A stretch of DNA of 20,000 bases, taken from an uncultured virus (IMG/VR IMGVR_UViG_3300021437_000014). Taxonomy: Duplodnaviria; Heunggongvirae; Uroviricota; Caudoviricetes. The stretch lies in IMG/VR virus record IMGVR_UViG_3300021437_000014. One strand, written 5' to 3'. Below are positions 8,243 to 15,951 of the stretch, in pieces. Position 1 is the stretch's first letter. Each line of letters starts with the position of its first letter. The notes under the pieces were generated by a model. That model made no database searches. It was given only the letters and a program-made list of their open reading frames with translations, and was not told the origin of the DNA. Made by a program: the position numbers and the translations under genes.

Positions 8243-8714
8243 TGAGTCGTGCCTCAAGTTCCTCGATACGTTCGTCAAGTGTCCGCAGACAACTCTCTGC
8301 CGATGAAATCTTATTGTCCATATGCTTGATGTGCCTGTACAGCCGTTCCGCATCCTTGCGAAGTTCTGCGTTCTCACGCCTAGCATCAGCAAGTTCATCA
8401 GTCAGTTGGTTTAGGTTTCGCTCATTAGTTTCGTTCTCACATTCAAGCTCTTTGATACGTGCGGCCATATGTGGATACGGCTGCACCTCGTTTGAAATTG
8501 GATATTGAATTGAAGTCCTGATGTACCTCACTGTCCAAAGCTGTTTATCCTCCCGGACTTGCTTTAGCAGTTCTTGGTGTTTCTTCTCCTCTTGTAGCCA
8601 ATGTGTATCCGCGAAGGCAGAAAGAAAAGTTCCAGACTCGCTCATAGCTACACAAACGGTAACAGGTGTGTGTGACATGTCACTCATGTCGTCCCTTGGT
8701 ATTTGCTGGTTCAT
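8229..8714 (-). CDS. Hypothetical coiled-coil protein
   Basis: Heptad-rich C-terminal half (RIKELE...LRKDAERL...RIEELEARL). Confidence 0.7.
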   Translation of the reverse strand: MNQQIPRDDMSDMSHTPVTVCVAMSESGTFLSAFADTHWLQEEKKHQELLKQVREDKQLWTVRYIRTSIQYPISNEVQPYPHMAARIKELECENETNERNLNQLTDELADARRENAELRKDAERLYRHIKHMDNKISSAESCLRTLDERIEELEARLNAKP

Positions 8715-8893
8715 TGGTTTACTCCAGGTTGTTTTGCACGAAGCCTAAGTATGAACTCAGTCCGAGCAGCCTTCAGAGAGCCGTCAGACACGTACTTTTC
8801 AAAATACCCATCGTGGATGGTTGACAAAACCCAGTAACCTGCCTGGTTTCTATTGACGGAAATGTCCTGCTTTCGGATGTTATGTGTACTCAT
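8711..8893 (-). CDS. Hypothetical protein, 60 aa
   Basis: ATGA overlaps on both sides. Confidence 0.65.
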   Translation of the reverse strand: MSTHNIRKQDISVNRNQAGYWVLSTIHDGYFEKYVSDGSLKAARTEFILRLRAKQPGVNQ

Positions 8894-9162
8894 ACACCCT
8901 CTGCTTTCTGAATTGCCGCCCTTGCCATAGCACAGGCTGAGTCATAGGAGCCCTCTTGAGACTTTGAATTGACAGATGCTCCGAAATCCCAGGTTTTCAG
9001 CAACTTCAGGGCTAGCAAGAGTTGTGGCGCTGCCGCTATCAGGGTGGCGTCTTCCGGTATTGGGTCATCTACAAAGTCACAGACAACTCTTGTCTTTCCG
9101 ACGATCATTCCGCAGTCGTCTCCGTTGTTAGGTTCAAATGTCCAAGGTGCCTGTGTGTGCAT
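8890..9162 (-). CDS. Conserved small phage protein (HTPGPW...LIAAAPELL type)
   Basis: MHTQAPW...DATLIAAAPQLLLAL...ARAAIQKAEG; AAAGGA RBS. Confidence 0.8.
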   Translation of the reverse strand: MHTQAPWTFEPNNGDDCGMIVGKTRVVCDFVDDPIPEDATLIAAAPQLLLALKLLKTWDFGASVNSKSQEGSYDSACAMARAAIQKAEGV

Positions 9163-9249
9163 TGCATTTCCTTTTATGTTTAAATCTGCTCAAGTAAATC
9201 TTGATAGGTTCAATGCAGTCATGTTAGTGTACTTGAAGCTTATACTTGC

Positions 9250-9438
9250 TCATTTGCGAGCCTCCAACATTGCATCAGCCATCGCGTAACTTATTTTTGC
9301 GCATGACGCGAAATGACTTTCACTGTACTCTTGGATAATGCCCTGCATCGCCTTCTCCGCGAAGTAGTCTCTCAATTCCACCACAGGACTGTGGGGTATT
9401 TCAAGCTCGTTATTGTTATTGTCAAAGTCATATACCAT
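9250..9438 (-). CDS. Conserved small phage protein (LRDYFA.KAMQG...ADAMLEAR type)
   Basis: Recognisable motif; GGAGA RBS. Confidence 0.8.
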   Translation of the reverse strand: MVYDFDNNNNELEIPHSPVVELRDYFAEKAMQGIIQEYSESHFASCAKISYAMADAMLEARK

Positions 9439-9489
9439 TTAGTTTCTCCAATATGATGAGTTAATCAGTGAAAGTTACATACAGGTGTT

Positions 9490-10095
9490 TCATTTTATAC
9501 ACTCAGTTTCTGAGAATACAACTTTGTTTTTGACCAGGTGAATCCAAATACCTTCGTGTTTAAACGGAAAGCCCTTGATACCGTAGATATTGTCTTGACA
9601 TATGCATTCGCCACTGACGTGCCTTACTCCAATGCGACTTGCCATAACTACAGGTGTAAACTCGTCTTCGGTGGCGTCAAGTGTAACGTACAAGTACGCG
9701 CTCTCACTGTAGTATCCGTTGCTCTCACCGAAAAATCGAATGTCAACCCAACCCTTGACTGTAGCAAGTTTGAAAAATGTCCAGGTAGATGACTCACCGT
9801 GACCTTCGCTTGCTGATTCTTCAGCTACCAAAATAGGGCTACCTACCAAGTCTTGTAGGTCACCAACTATAGACTCTATGCTAACACTCTCACAGCAATC
9901 TTGCTTATGCTTCAACACGAATTCCTTACCACACGTTGAAGTCATGCGTAGTTCTTCGTTGTTATCTCTAGCAATGTCGTCCTGAGCAGACGCATCAAAA
10001 TATGGGTCATAACGCTCTACACTGACAAGTGTCAATCCTTTTAGAGCTGAAAAGTGTGTCCTAGCTTCTTTAATTTTTACCGTCAGTTTTGCCAT
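9490..10095 (-). CDS. Conserved phage protein (HxQDCCE...WTFxK...GESNGYYSE family) with a C-terminal extension
   Basis: HKQDCCESVSIESIVGDLQDLVGSPILVAEE and GESNGYYSE motifs; GGAGA RBS. Confidence 0.8.
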   Translation of the reverse strand: MAKLTVKIKEARTHFSALKGLTLVSVERYDPYFDASAQDDIARDNNEELRMTSTCGKEFVLKHKQDCCESVSIESIVGDLQDLVGSPILVAEESASEGHGESSTWTFFKLATVKGWVDIRFFGESNGYYSESAYLYVTLDATEDEFTPVVMASRIGVRHVSGECICQDNIYGIKGFPFKHEGIWIHLVKNKVVFSETECIK

Positions 10096-10135
10096 TTAGG
10101 TCTCCAGTTAAGTTCTTTAACGTACTTCTTTTCGG

Positions 10136-10378
10136 TTAACACGAGGAAATAAGGACAGAACATTTCAGTATCTTCTGCCCAACCTGCCACAAGCCGCCTC
10201 TCCAGGAGGGTCTGCCGTGCTTGCGTGGTATTTTTCTCAACCTGACTAATAAAGTCTCTGCACCATCGTCAATTTTCACAGTCAGGTGGTGCCCGTTGTG
10301 TGTTTTCGTGACGATTCCTGTATAGGACCGTGACAGCTTACCGTCTTGCAGTGCGATTACTGAGGCTCCTACTTTCAT
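10136..10378 (-). CDS. Hypothetical basic protein, 80 aa
   Basis: ORF in the operon; beta-rich pattern. Confidence 0.6.
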   Translation of the reverse strand: MKVGASVIALQDGKLSRSYTGIVTKTHNGHHLTVKIDDGAETLLVRLRKIPRKHGRPSWRGGLWQVGQKILKCSVLISSC

Positions 10379-10676
10379 ACAGCAGATCGTTCAGACTCAC
10401 AGAGTCAATCTTGTATTCCTTGCAGTCAGACCATAACCCATGCTTGTCAAAATCCTTCTCAAAGAAGCGGTGACAGTAGTAGGCTTCATACGAATCATAT
10501 TGGTGGTACCAACCATCCTTGCCAGTACCACCCATAGTCAAATTATCTGACGGGTCTGCCACAATAACCTCAGCAAGCACCGTGTCTTGTGGCTCAAGTT
10601 TTCCAGGGTCTTCCTTGTTTGACCAATTCTCAACCATGTCTGTACGGTACAGTCTATATACCCAGAAATTAAGCAT
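10338..10676 (-). CDS. Hypothetical protein, about 112 aa
   Basis: ATG 10676 preceded by GGAG; overlaps the upstream stop. Confidence 0.65.
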   Translation of the reverse strand: MLNFWVYRLYRTDMVENWSNKEDPGKLEPQDTVLAEVIVADPSDNLTMGGTGKDGWYHQYDSYEAYYCHRFFEKDFDKHGLWSDCKEYKIDSVSLNDLLYESRSLSNRTARR

Positions 10677-11016
10677 CTTCGTCTCCTGAAACAAACTCTA
10701 CATTGTGCTCTCCCATTGCAAGTGAGATAGCCGTCAGAATCTTTGCATTCGTTTCTCCGTATACTTCTGGTCTGTCCCAGAATCCTACGCCATGTCTATT
10801 TCGTGTTATCCATAAGTCATGCCCCATCTGCGCGGTGTTTGACATGTCTATATCAAGTTCTCTGCAAGCGTCGTAAAAGTTTCTGCATGAGACGTATGCA
10901 TGCATCTTGTCACGCTTTGATAGCCTTGCATCTGGAGGGTTATCGTTGTCGGGCGTGTCTTCTGTGAAGTAGACAGCCTCAATGTAGGCGTCTGTGAGTT
11001 GCTGAATGATCGACAT
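10669..11016 (-). CDS. Conserved phage protein (GHDxWxTRNxHGxGFWDR family)
   Basis: AYIEAVYFT...GHDLWITRNRHGVGFWDR motif. Confidence 0.8.
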   Translation of the reverse strand: MSIIQQLTDAYIEAVYFTEDTPDNDNPPDARLSKRDKMHAYVSCRNFYDACRELDIDMSNTAQMGHDLWITRNRHGVGFWDRPEVYGETNAKILTAISLAMGEHNVEFVSGDEDA

Positions 11017-11035
11017 TTCATGTTCCTGTAAGTTA

Positions 11036-12097
11036 TTAGACGTAAATCGTCACTGACTCTGCCGCCCTTGTGATGGCCGTATATAGCCACTTCTTGCTAT
11101 CTTCTTTGAAGACGTGGGATTCATCTACAACAAGAACCTTGTCCCACTGCGAACCTTGCGCCTTGTGTGTCGTGATGGCATAGCCATAAGTGAAGTTATC
11201 GCATTGGCGTTTCTTTTGCCACGTCAAATCTGCCTCTTCTCCGGTGAAAAACTCGTTGAACACCAGTAGGTTCAGCAACTTGCTGTTGTCCTCGACCTTC
11301 AGGCTTACAGCGTCTGAGTCGTAAATTGACTCTACTACTTTCCACAGTGAGCCGTTGAGGTATCCTCGTTCTCGGTTGTTCGCCAGTGCAATCAGTTTGT
11401 CGCTCACAAGTGGCCGAAGCTCGTCAGTGAACGTCTTGCGGTAGCGTCGGTTGAGTGACTCTCTCGTGTTGTTGCGCCCCACAAGCACCTGGTCATGTAG
11501 ACCGATGGCCTCAGTGGTGAACTCTCGATTCTTGAGAACCCGACAATTACCGTAGGTTCCAGGCGTGATTCGCTCACCCTCCCGTGCCAGGGTTGCAAGG
11601 TAGATGATAGGAGAATCTGCCGCTTGCCTGTGAATCTCCGTTAGGTTGAAATCTGGCTGGCTCAGGACGAAGAACGGTGTCTCTCCGATTGGTGGTAGCT
11701 GGTGCGAGTCACCCAGTACCAACACCTTCCTTGCAAGTTTCAGAAGGTCCTCGCCCAACTGTGTCCCTACCATCGACACTTCATCAAGAATCACCATGTC
11801 CGCTAGTTTTATAGGGCTATCGTGATTTAGCGAGAAGCTCCAAATGCCTGTCGTTTCGTTCAGCGTTGCTCTGTACAGTAGAGAGTGTAGCGTTGACGCT
11901 GGGCATCCCTTGCTCGTTAGAACATTGGCTGCTTTCCCAGTAAACGCTGCGAAGATCGTGTTCTCTGTCGCTAAATGTTTTGCAATTGTTGTTTTTCCAG
12001 TACCTGCGCTTCCAGTAAGCACAAATACTTTGTGATGCGTATTCTTCCACTTGTTCACAGCGTCAATTGCTTGTGCCTGTTGAGTCGAAAGTTTCAT
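11036..12097 (-). CDS. RecD/Dda-like SF1B DNA helicase, 353 aa
   Basis: GSAGTGKTT, AFTGKAA, LDEVSMV, GDSHQLPP, IHRQ, YAITTHKAQGSQW, YTAITRA. Confidence 0.93.
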   Translation of the reverse strand: MKLSTQQAQAIDAVNKWKNTHHKVFVLTGSAGTGKTTIAKHLATENTIFAAFTGKAANVLTSKGCPASTLHSLLYRATLNETTGIWSFSLNHDSPIKLADMVILDEVSMVGTQLGEDLLKLARKVLVLGDSHQLPPIGETPFFVLSQPDFNLTEIHRQAADSPIIYLATLAREGERITPGTYGNCRVLKNREFTTEAIGLHDQVLVGRNNTRESLNRRYRKTFTDELRPLVSDKLIALANNRERGYLNGSLWKVVESIYDSDAVSLKVEDNSKLLNLLVFNEFFTGEEADLTWQKKRQCDNFTYGYAITTHKAQGSQWDKVLVVDESHVFKEDSKKWLYTAITRAAESVTIYV

Positions 12098-12384
12098 AAT
12101 CTTTTGGGTTTATTTGTTAACCTGATCTTTCGATCAGTATGCTCTAGATCGAACCACCAAGCACTGCACAACTTGTCTGTGAAAACTTGATCAGACTTCG
12201 CGTGATCTTTCCAGTCTTGATTCGCAAGACCTTGTGATATTCCTTTGATTTCAGCGTCCCGTACAAGGTCGCCTACTTTCTGCCCTGCCAGTGAGCCTGC
12301 ACGATAAAAACCAGCAGTATATGCAAGTGCTAATGCCAGTAGCAAAATAGGTAAACGTGACGCTGGACGCTTTGGGTTAAACAT
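12094..12384 (-). CDS. Hypothetical membrane-anchored protein, 96 aa
   Basis: Basic N-terminus followed by hydrophobic LPILLLALALAYTAGFY. Confidence 0.7.
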   Translation of the reverse strand: MFNPKRPASRLPILLLALALAYTAGFYRAGSLAGQKVGDLVRDAEIKGISQGLANQDWKDHAKSDQVFTDKLCSAWWFDLEHTDRKIRLTNKPKRL

Positions 12385-12429
12385 ACACTTTAACCTACAT
12401 TAAACAGACGAAAACGCTTCGTCTAGACG

Positions 12430-12464
12430 AAAAAGAAGAGAGGTGCAGGTTGCACCTCTCTTCT
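12430..12464 (-). terminator. Intrinsic terminator
   Basis: Perfect 14-bp inverted repeat AGAAGAGAGGTGCA-ACC-TGCACCTCTCTTCT followed by TTTT on the minus strand, 20 nt after the 95-aa gene stop. Confidence 0.85.
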
Positions 12465-12484
12465 ACACACTCAACCTTGAGTGA

Positions 12485-12772
12485 TTAGGCGGCTTCAGCG
12501 GCCTCTGCTGCGATGCAGAACACGCCAACGTGTTGTACGCCGTCCACGCTGTACTGACGCACACTGTACTTGTGTGGGGAGTTGGTACGCTTCTTGAATG
12601 CGGAGACTGCAGAGGTCAACTTCGCAGCGGCCTTGGCGCTGTCGATGAAGTCATTGGTCTCGATACACTCGCCAGGTTGGAGGCTCTTCAGACCATACTT
12701 GTCGGAACCCTCACGGGTACCGAAGTTGCGAACGAGAGCAGGAACTGCACGGGTAGATTTGACGATTTGCAT
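12485..12772 (-). CDS. Small, probably highly expressed, putative DNA-binding protein, 95 aa
   Basis: KYGLKSLQPGECI...KYSVR...VGVFC resembles the phage KYPF..LEVGDSF...VRVWR small-protein pattern (recall, not searched). Codons are biased to C/G endings; own promoter and terminator. Confidence 0.75.
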   Translation of the reverse strand: MQIVKSTRAVPALVRNFGTREGSDKYGLKSLQPGECIETNDFIDSAKAAAKLTSAVSAFKKRTNSPHKYSVRQYSVDGVQHVGVFCIAAEAAEAA

Positions 12773-12808
12773 GACGATTCTTTCAAGATAAACGGTCGGT
12801 TGTTGAGC

Positions 12809-12832
12809 CGCTACAGAGAAGTCTCAGTAGCG
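12809..12832 (-). promoter_or_regulatory. 5' leader hairpin
   Basis: CGCTACTGAGA-CT-TCTCTGTAGCG (one mismatch) begins at about the expected +1 of the promoter. Confidence 0.55.
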
Positions 12833-12839
12833 TGTGAGT

Positions 12840-12868
12840 ATTATAACTCTGTTTTGGTCTACTTGCAA
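12840..12868 (-). promoter_or_regulatory. Strong sigma70 promoter TTGCAA-N17-TATAAT
   Basis: -35 at 12863-12868 and -10 at 12840-12845, in an intergenic gap. Confidence 0.85.
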
Positions 12869-12875
12869 AATATTT

Positions 12876-13082
12876 TTACAAGGTTTCCTCCTGTCGGATT
12901 TGTGATCGTAGTCGTTCAAGCCGTGCCTTGTGAAACTCGACAGAGGCAGTTGCAGTTGCAAGTGTGTCTGTCGCAAGTACGAGTTGACGCTCTGCGTCCT
13001 CCATCTCTTTTTCAGCGGTAATGATCATGTCAGACACCAACTCAGCCGCAGTAGGGTGTCGCAGGATTCGCATAAATTTCAT
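12876..13082 (-). CDS. Hypothetical coiled-coil protein, 68 aa
   Basis: GAAAG RBS; helical pattern. Confidence 0.7.
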   Translation of the reverse strand: MKFMRILRHPTAAELVSDMIITAEKEMEDAERQLVLATDTLATATASVEFHKARLERLRSQIRQEETL

Positions 13083-13113
13083 TTTATCTTTCAGTGTTGT
13101 AAGTAAACTACAG

Positions 13114-13410
13114 TCAAGGTTTCTCTACTGTGAGTCGCAACGCTGGCGCTCCGACTTTCGTACAGGAATCGACGATCTCTTGAGGTACAAGTACCCTCAT
13201 TCGTACTGCGGTCCAGTCTGTCGCGCTACGTCCGGCGACGTGTGAAACCTTGACAGTGCCTTTAGTCCCTGCCCAGTCTCCAGCACCGAGCCGCTTGAGT
13301 GAGTCTGCCAAGTCGTCAAGTTCAGCCAGCAACACGTCAATCTGACTCTTTTGTTCTATGTAGGTATCCACCAGGTCTTCTACTGATTTGAGGTTCAGTT
13401 CAAGTTTCAT
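13114..13410 (-). CDS. Hypothetical protein, 98 aa
   Basis: ATG 13410 after GAAAGGA; N-terminal coiled coil and beta-rich C-terminus. Confidence 0.75.
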   Translation of the reverse strand: MKLELNLKSVEDLVDTYIEQKSQIDVLLAELDDLADSLKRLGAGDWAGTKGTVKVSHVAGRSATDWTAVRMRVLVPQEIVDSCTKVGAPALRLTVEKP

Positions 13411-13421
13411 GATTTGTCCTT

Positions 13422-13751
13422 TCAATGAGCGCAGTCTGTTTTCTCAAGTTTCTCGGTGTGAGCGATTGCGTCTTGCATGAGCTTGCCAAAGTCCACTGAG
13501 GCTTGCTGAGCCTCAAGTGCCTTGACTGTCGCCCGTCCTGGGTTAACCGCCACTCGCTCGCTGTAGTCTGAGAACAGGCGGTGAATCTTTGACATGCCGT
13601 TGATTCGACTTGCTGTCGCTGAAGTCACAAGGTTCTTGCCGCGCTTCTTCGTCGTTAGATCAAACTCCCACAGGGTCTCACCTATCTTGAACGTCTCTGT
13701 TGACGTGACGTAATTGTCGCCATAAATGTCTTTTCCAGAACGTGTCTTCAT
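13422..13751 (-). CDS. Hypothetical protein, 109 aa
   Basis: ATGA overlap with the upstream gene; AGGAG RBS. Confidence 0.75.
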   Translation of the reverse strand: MKTRSGKDIYGDNYVTSTETFKIGETLWEFDLTTKKRGKNLVTSATASRINGMSKIHRLFSDYSERVAVNPGRATVKALEAQQASVDFGKLMQDAIAHTEKLEKTDCAH

Positions 13752-14179
13752 TTTGCTTGCTCCTGTAAATCTTTGATAAGCTCACCAATCACCGACTCTA
13801 TGTACGCTTCCTCATTTGACTCAATGCCGAATAGAGACTCTTTCTCCACCACTGGAGAGACAATTACGCCAACGTACCCCCACTCACCGTCTACGTAGGC
13901 TTTTAGGTGCTTGTAGTCGTCTTGCACTGCGTCTTCAACGTCAGATGGGTCAAGTCCCCACACCTCAAGAGCTTTCTTGCGGCTCGCTGTGAAGTCATAT
14001 ACGGTGTTGTACGTCAACAACTTGCAGTCAGCCGCTCTAATGTTCCACTCATTTCGAGTAACAACTACACCGTGGCAGTCACTATTTAACCACGGCGGCT
14101 CAGCCGCATCGTCTGCAACAATGCGGACACGGTATTGTTTACCGTCTACGGTGCGAATTTCAGACTTAATATCAGGCAT
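13748..14179 (-). CDS. Conserved phage hypothetical protein, 143 aa
   Basis: ATG 14179 after AAAGGA; PPW...DCHGVV...EWGYVGVIV...SLFGIES motifs. Confidence 0.78.
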   Translation of the reverse strand: MPDIKSEIRTVDGKQYRVRIVADDAAEPPWLNSDCHGVVVTRNEWNIRAADCKLLTYNTVYDFTASRKKALEVWGLDPSDVEDAVQDDYKHLKAYVDGEWGYVGVIVSPVVEKESLFGIESNEEAYIESVIGELIKDLQEQAK

Positions 14180-14615
14180 TTTGATTTCCTTTAAACATTT
14201 TGTTGAGTTGTGCCCATGTTTCACTAATCTCTGAGGCTGTCATAGTACTGAAAAACTTGTCAAGTTGGGTCCACATTTCGCGGGCTTCTTTGATGGTCAT
14301 GCTGTCAAGTTTTGACTGCCTTGGCGTCGTCTCTGGCTCCGGTTTTACATTACGAACTTTCCTTGGTAGCATCTCGTAAGTCTTACCTACAACTCTGTAA
14401 ACCTTACGAGTTCCAAAGTTATCATAAAACAAGGAACTTGTGACCATACCTCGATCTTCAAGTTGAGAAAGAATGGTCGAAGCTGAGTCCAGTTTCAACT
14501 CTGTCCTGACACGTTTCGCTGAGCTGTCTGGATGGTCTTTCAGGTAGAGCCATATACGCTCTATTTGTGGTTTGAAAGATACTGCCTTGATAATGGCAGA
14601 TTGCAGGTCACTCAT
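14172..14615 (-). CDS. Putative winged-helix DNA-binding protein, 147 aa
   Basis: ATG 14615 after GAAAGGA; RIWLYLKDHPDSSAKRV...STILSQLEDRGMV...VYRV fits a wHTH pattern. Confidence 0.7.
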   Translation of the reverse strand: MSDLQSAIIKAVSFKPQIERIWLYLKDHPDSSAKRVRTELKLDSASTILSQLEDRGMVTSSLFYDNFGTRKVYRVVGKTYEMLPRKVRNVKPEPETTPRQSKLDSMTIKEAREMWTQLDKFFSTMTASEISETWAQLNKMFKGNQNA

Positions 14616-14625
14616 ATGTTTCCTT

Positions 14626-14805
14626 TCAATTGTCAAGTTTTACTCGTACAGTGCCAACTGTGGCATTCTTGTATTTCAAAGCCCAAGTCTTTCGTCCTGT
14701 TACCCTTCCGGCTTCAGCCGCCACCGCCAGCAAAACCCTGACGGTAATGCCAAGGTGGGGCAACTCAATCTCATTACGGTCGTGAAAAGCAACAATCTCT
14801 TCCAT
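14626..14805 (-). CDS. Hypothetical protein, 59 aa
   Basis: Below the cutoff. MEEIVAFHDRNEIELPHLGITVRVLLAVAAEAGRVTGRKTWALKYKNATVGTVRVKLDN; the ATG directly follows the peptidase TAA. Confidence 0.6.
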   Translation of the reverse strand: MEEIVAFHDRNEIELPHLGITVRVLLAVAAEAGRVTGRKTWALKYKNATVGTVRVKLDN

Positions 14806-15951
14806 TTAAAACCCCATCAATTTTTTGTATTTTTCGTTCTGAGCCTCAAGCCCAGCGACTTTGACTTGCAACTCTGCGATAAACAGCGCTGCATCTTCTG
14901 GTGTTTCCTCGCACATCAAGCGTAGGTCTTCAAAAGTGTCTCCATAGTCTTCATCAGGTTCTACTTTACTTGTAGATATACTCCACTTGAACGGGTCGGC
15001 TTCAGTCGAATAACCGCCCTTCGGCGCTTTACTTACAGAGCTGAACAGGTCTTTGTCTGTGTAAGACTTCATATAACCTGTCTTTGGCTTCTTCGTGTCC
15101 CAAGCCAACTTTTGTGCTGCTTTTGCATCCCGCTTAACAGGCAGGTCATCCCACTTGATCTTCAAGACTGCCTGCAACAACTGTTCAAGTCCAGCCACAC
15201 TCAACCACTCATCTGGTGTGTGCTGATTCGCATAGAACACCCCCACATTGAAGCATTCTGGGATGATGGTGCAGTAGACTTTCGTGTCGGTGAAGCTCCC
15301 ACGGTGGGACACGACCCAAGGTTTCTCGAACGTACCGCCAGCGTCTAGCGCCTTGCACAGGGCCAAGGCTGACTCCGTAGAGGCGCAGGCGAGACCGCCT
15401 TGGGTGACGATCACCTCTGGCGCTTCGCCACGCTGTACGGCACGATCAAACGCCACTGCGCGGCTGAATTGGTCAAGCCAGTCACGCTTCTTTGACAGGA
15501 CCGCATAAGCACCTAGCCCGCCGCGCTCCTCCCCTGTGTGGAAGATGTAAGAGCCGGGTACCTTCGCTGCGATCATCTTCAACAGGATGTAAATACCTGC
15601 TCCATCATCCGCACCTAGACAGCCAGACTTGGACTTGTCAGACAGGAAAAGATCACCAAACCCAGGGTCATATGCAAGCTGCTGAGGTGTTCCGTCAGAC
15701 TCCTGCGTTCCGTGACACGTGTCGATGTGGCATGAAAACAGCGTGTCGGACTTTTCGTCCGTCGTCACCACGAGACAGCCCTCTGGGAATGCCTGTGGTG
15801 TGTACCCCATTGACTTCAAGATAGCGTGGAGCCACAGACGAAAGTTCGTGTCACCAGTCGATGTGTGTGCCCGTTTTGTGGACAGGATTGTGGACAGGAG
15901 TGGGTCAACTGTCGCTGGGACTGGTACTTCAATTTGGTTATCAAACAACAT
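14806..15951 (-). CDS. Zn-dependent exopeptidase/amidohydrolase (M20/M28/M42 clan), about 381 aa
   Basis: Metal-ligand motifs CHIDT, LGADDGAG, GEERG, AFDR, QHTPDE. Start placed at ATG 15951, overlapping the end of the upstream gene. Confidence 0.88.
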   Translation of the reverse strand: MLFDNQIEVPVPATVDPLLSTILSTKRAHTSTGDTNFRLWLHAILKSMGYTPQAFPEGCLVVTTDEKSDTLFSCHIDTCHGTQESDGTPQQLAYDPGFGDLFLSDKSKSGCLGADDGAGIYILLKMIAAKVPGSYIFHTGEERGGLGAYAVLSKKRDWLDQFSRAVAFDRAVQRGEAPEVIVTQGGLACASTESALALCKALDAGGTFEKPWVVSHRGSFTDTKVYCTIIPECFNVGVFYANQHTPDEWLSVAGLEQLLQAVLKIKWDDLPVKRDAKAAQKLAWDTKKPKTGYMKSYTDKDLFSSVSKAPKGGYSTEADPFKWSISTSKVEPDEDYGDTFEDLRLMCEETPEDAALFIAELQVKVAGLEAQNEKYKKLMGF

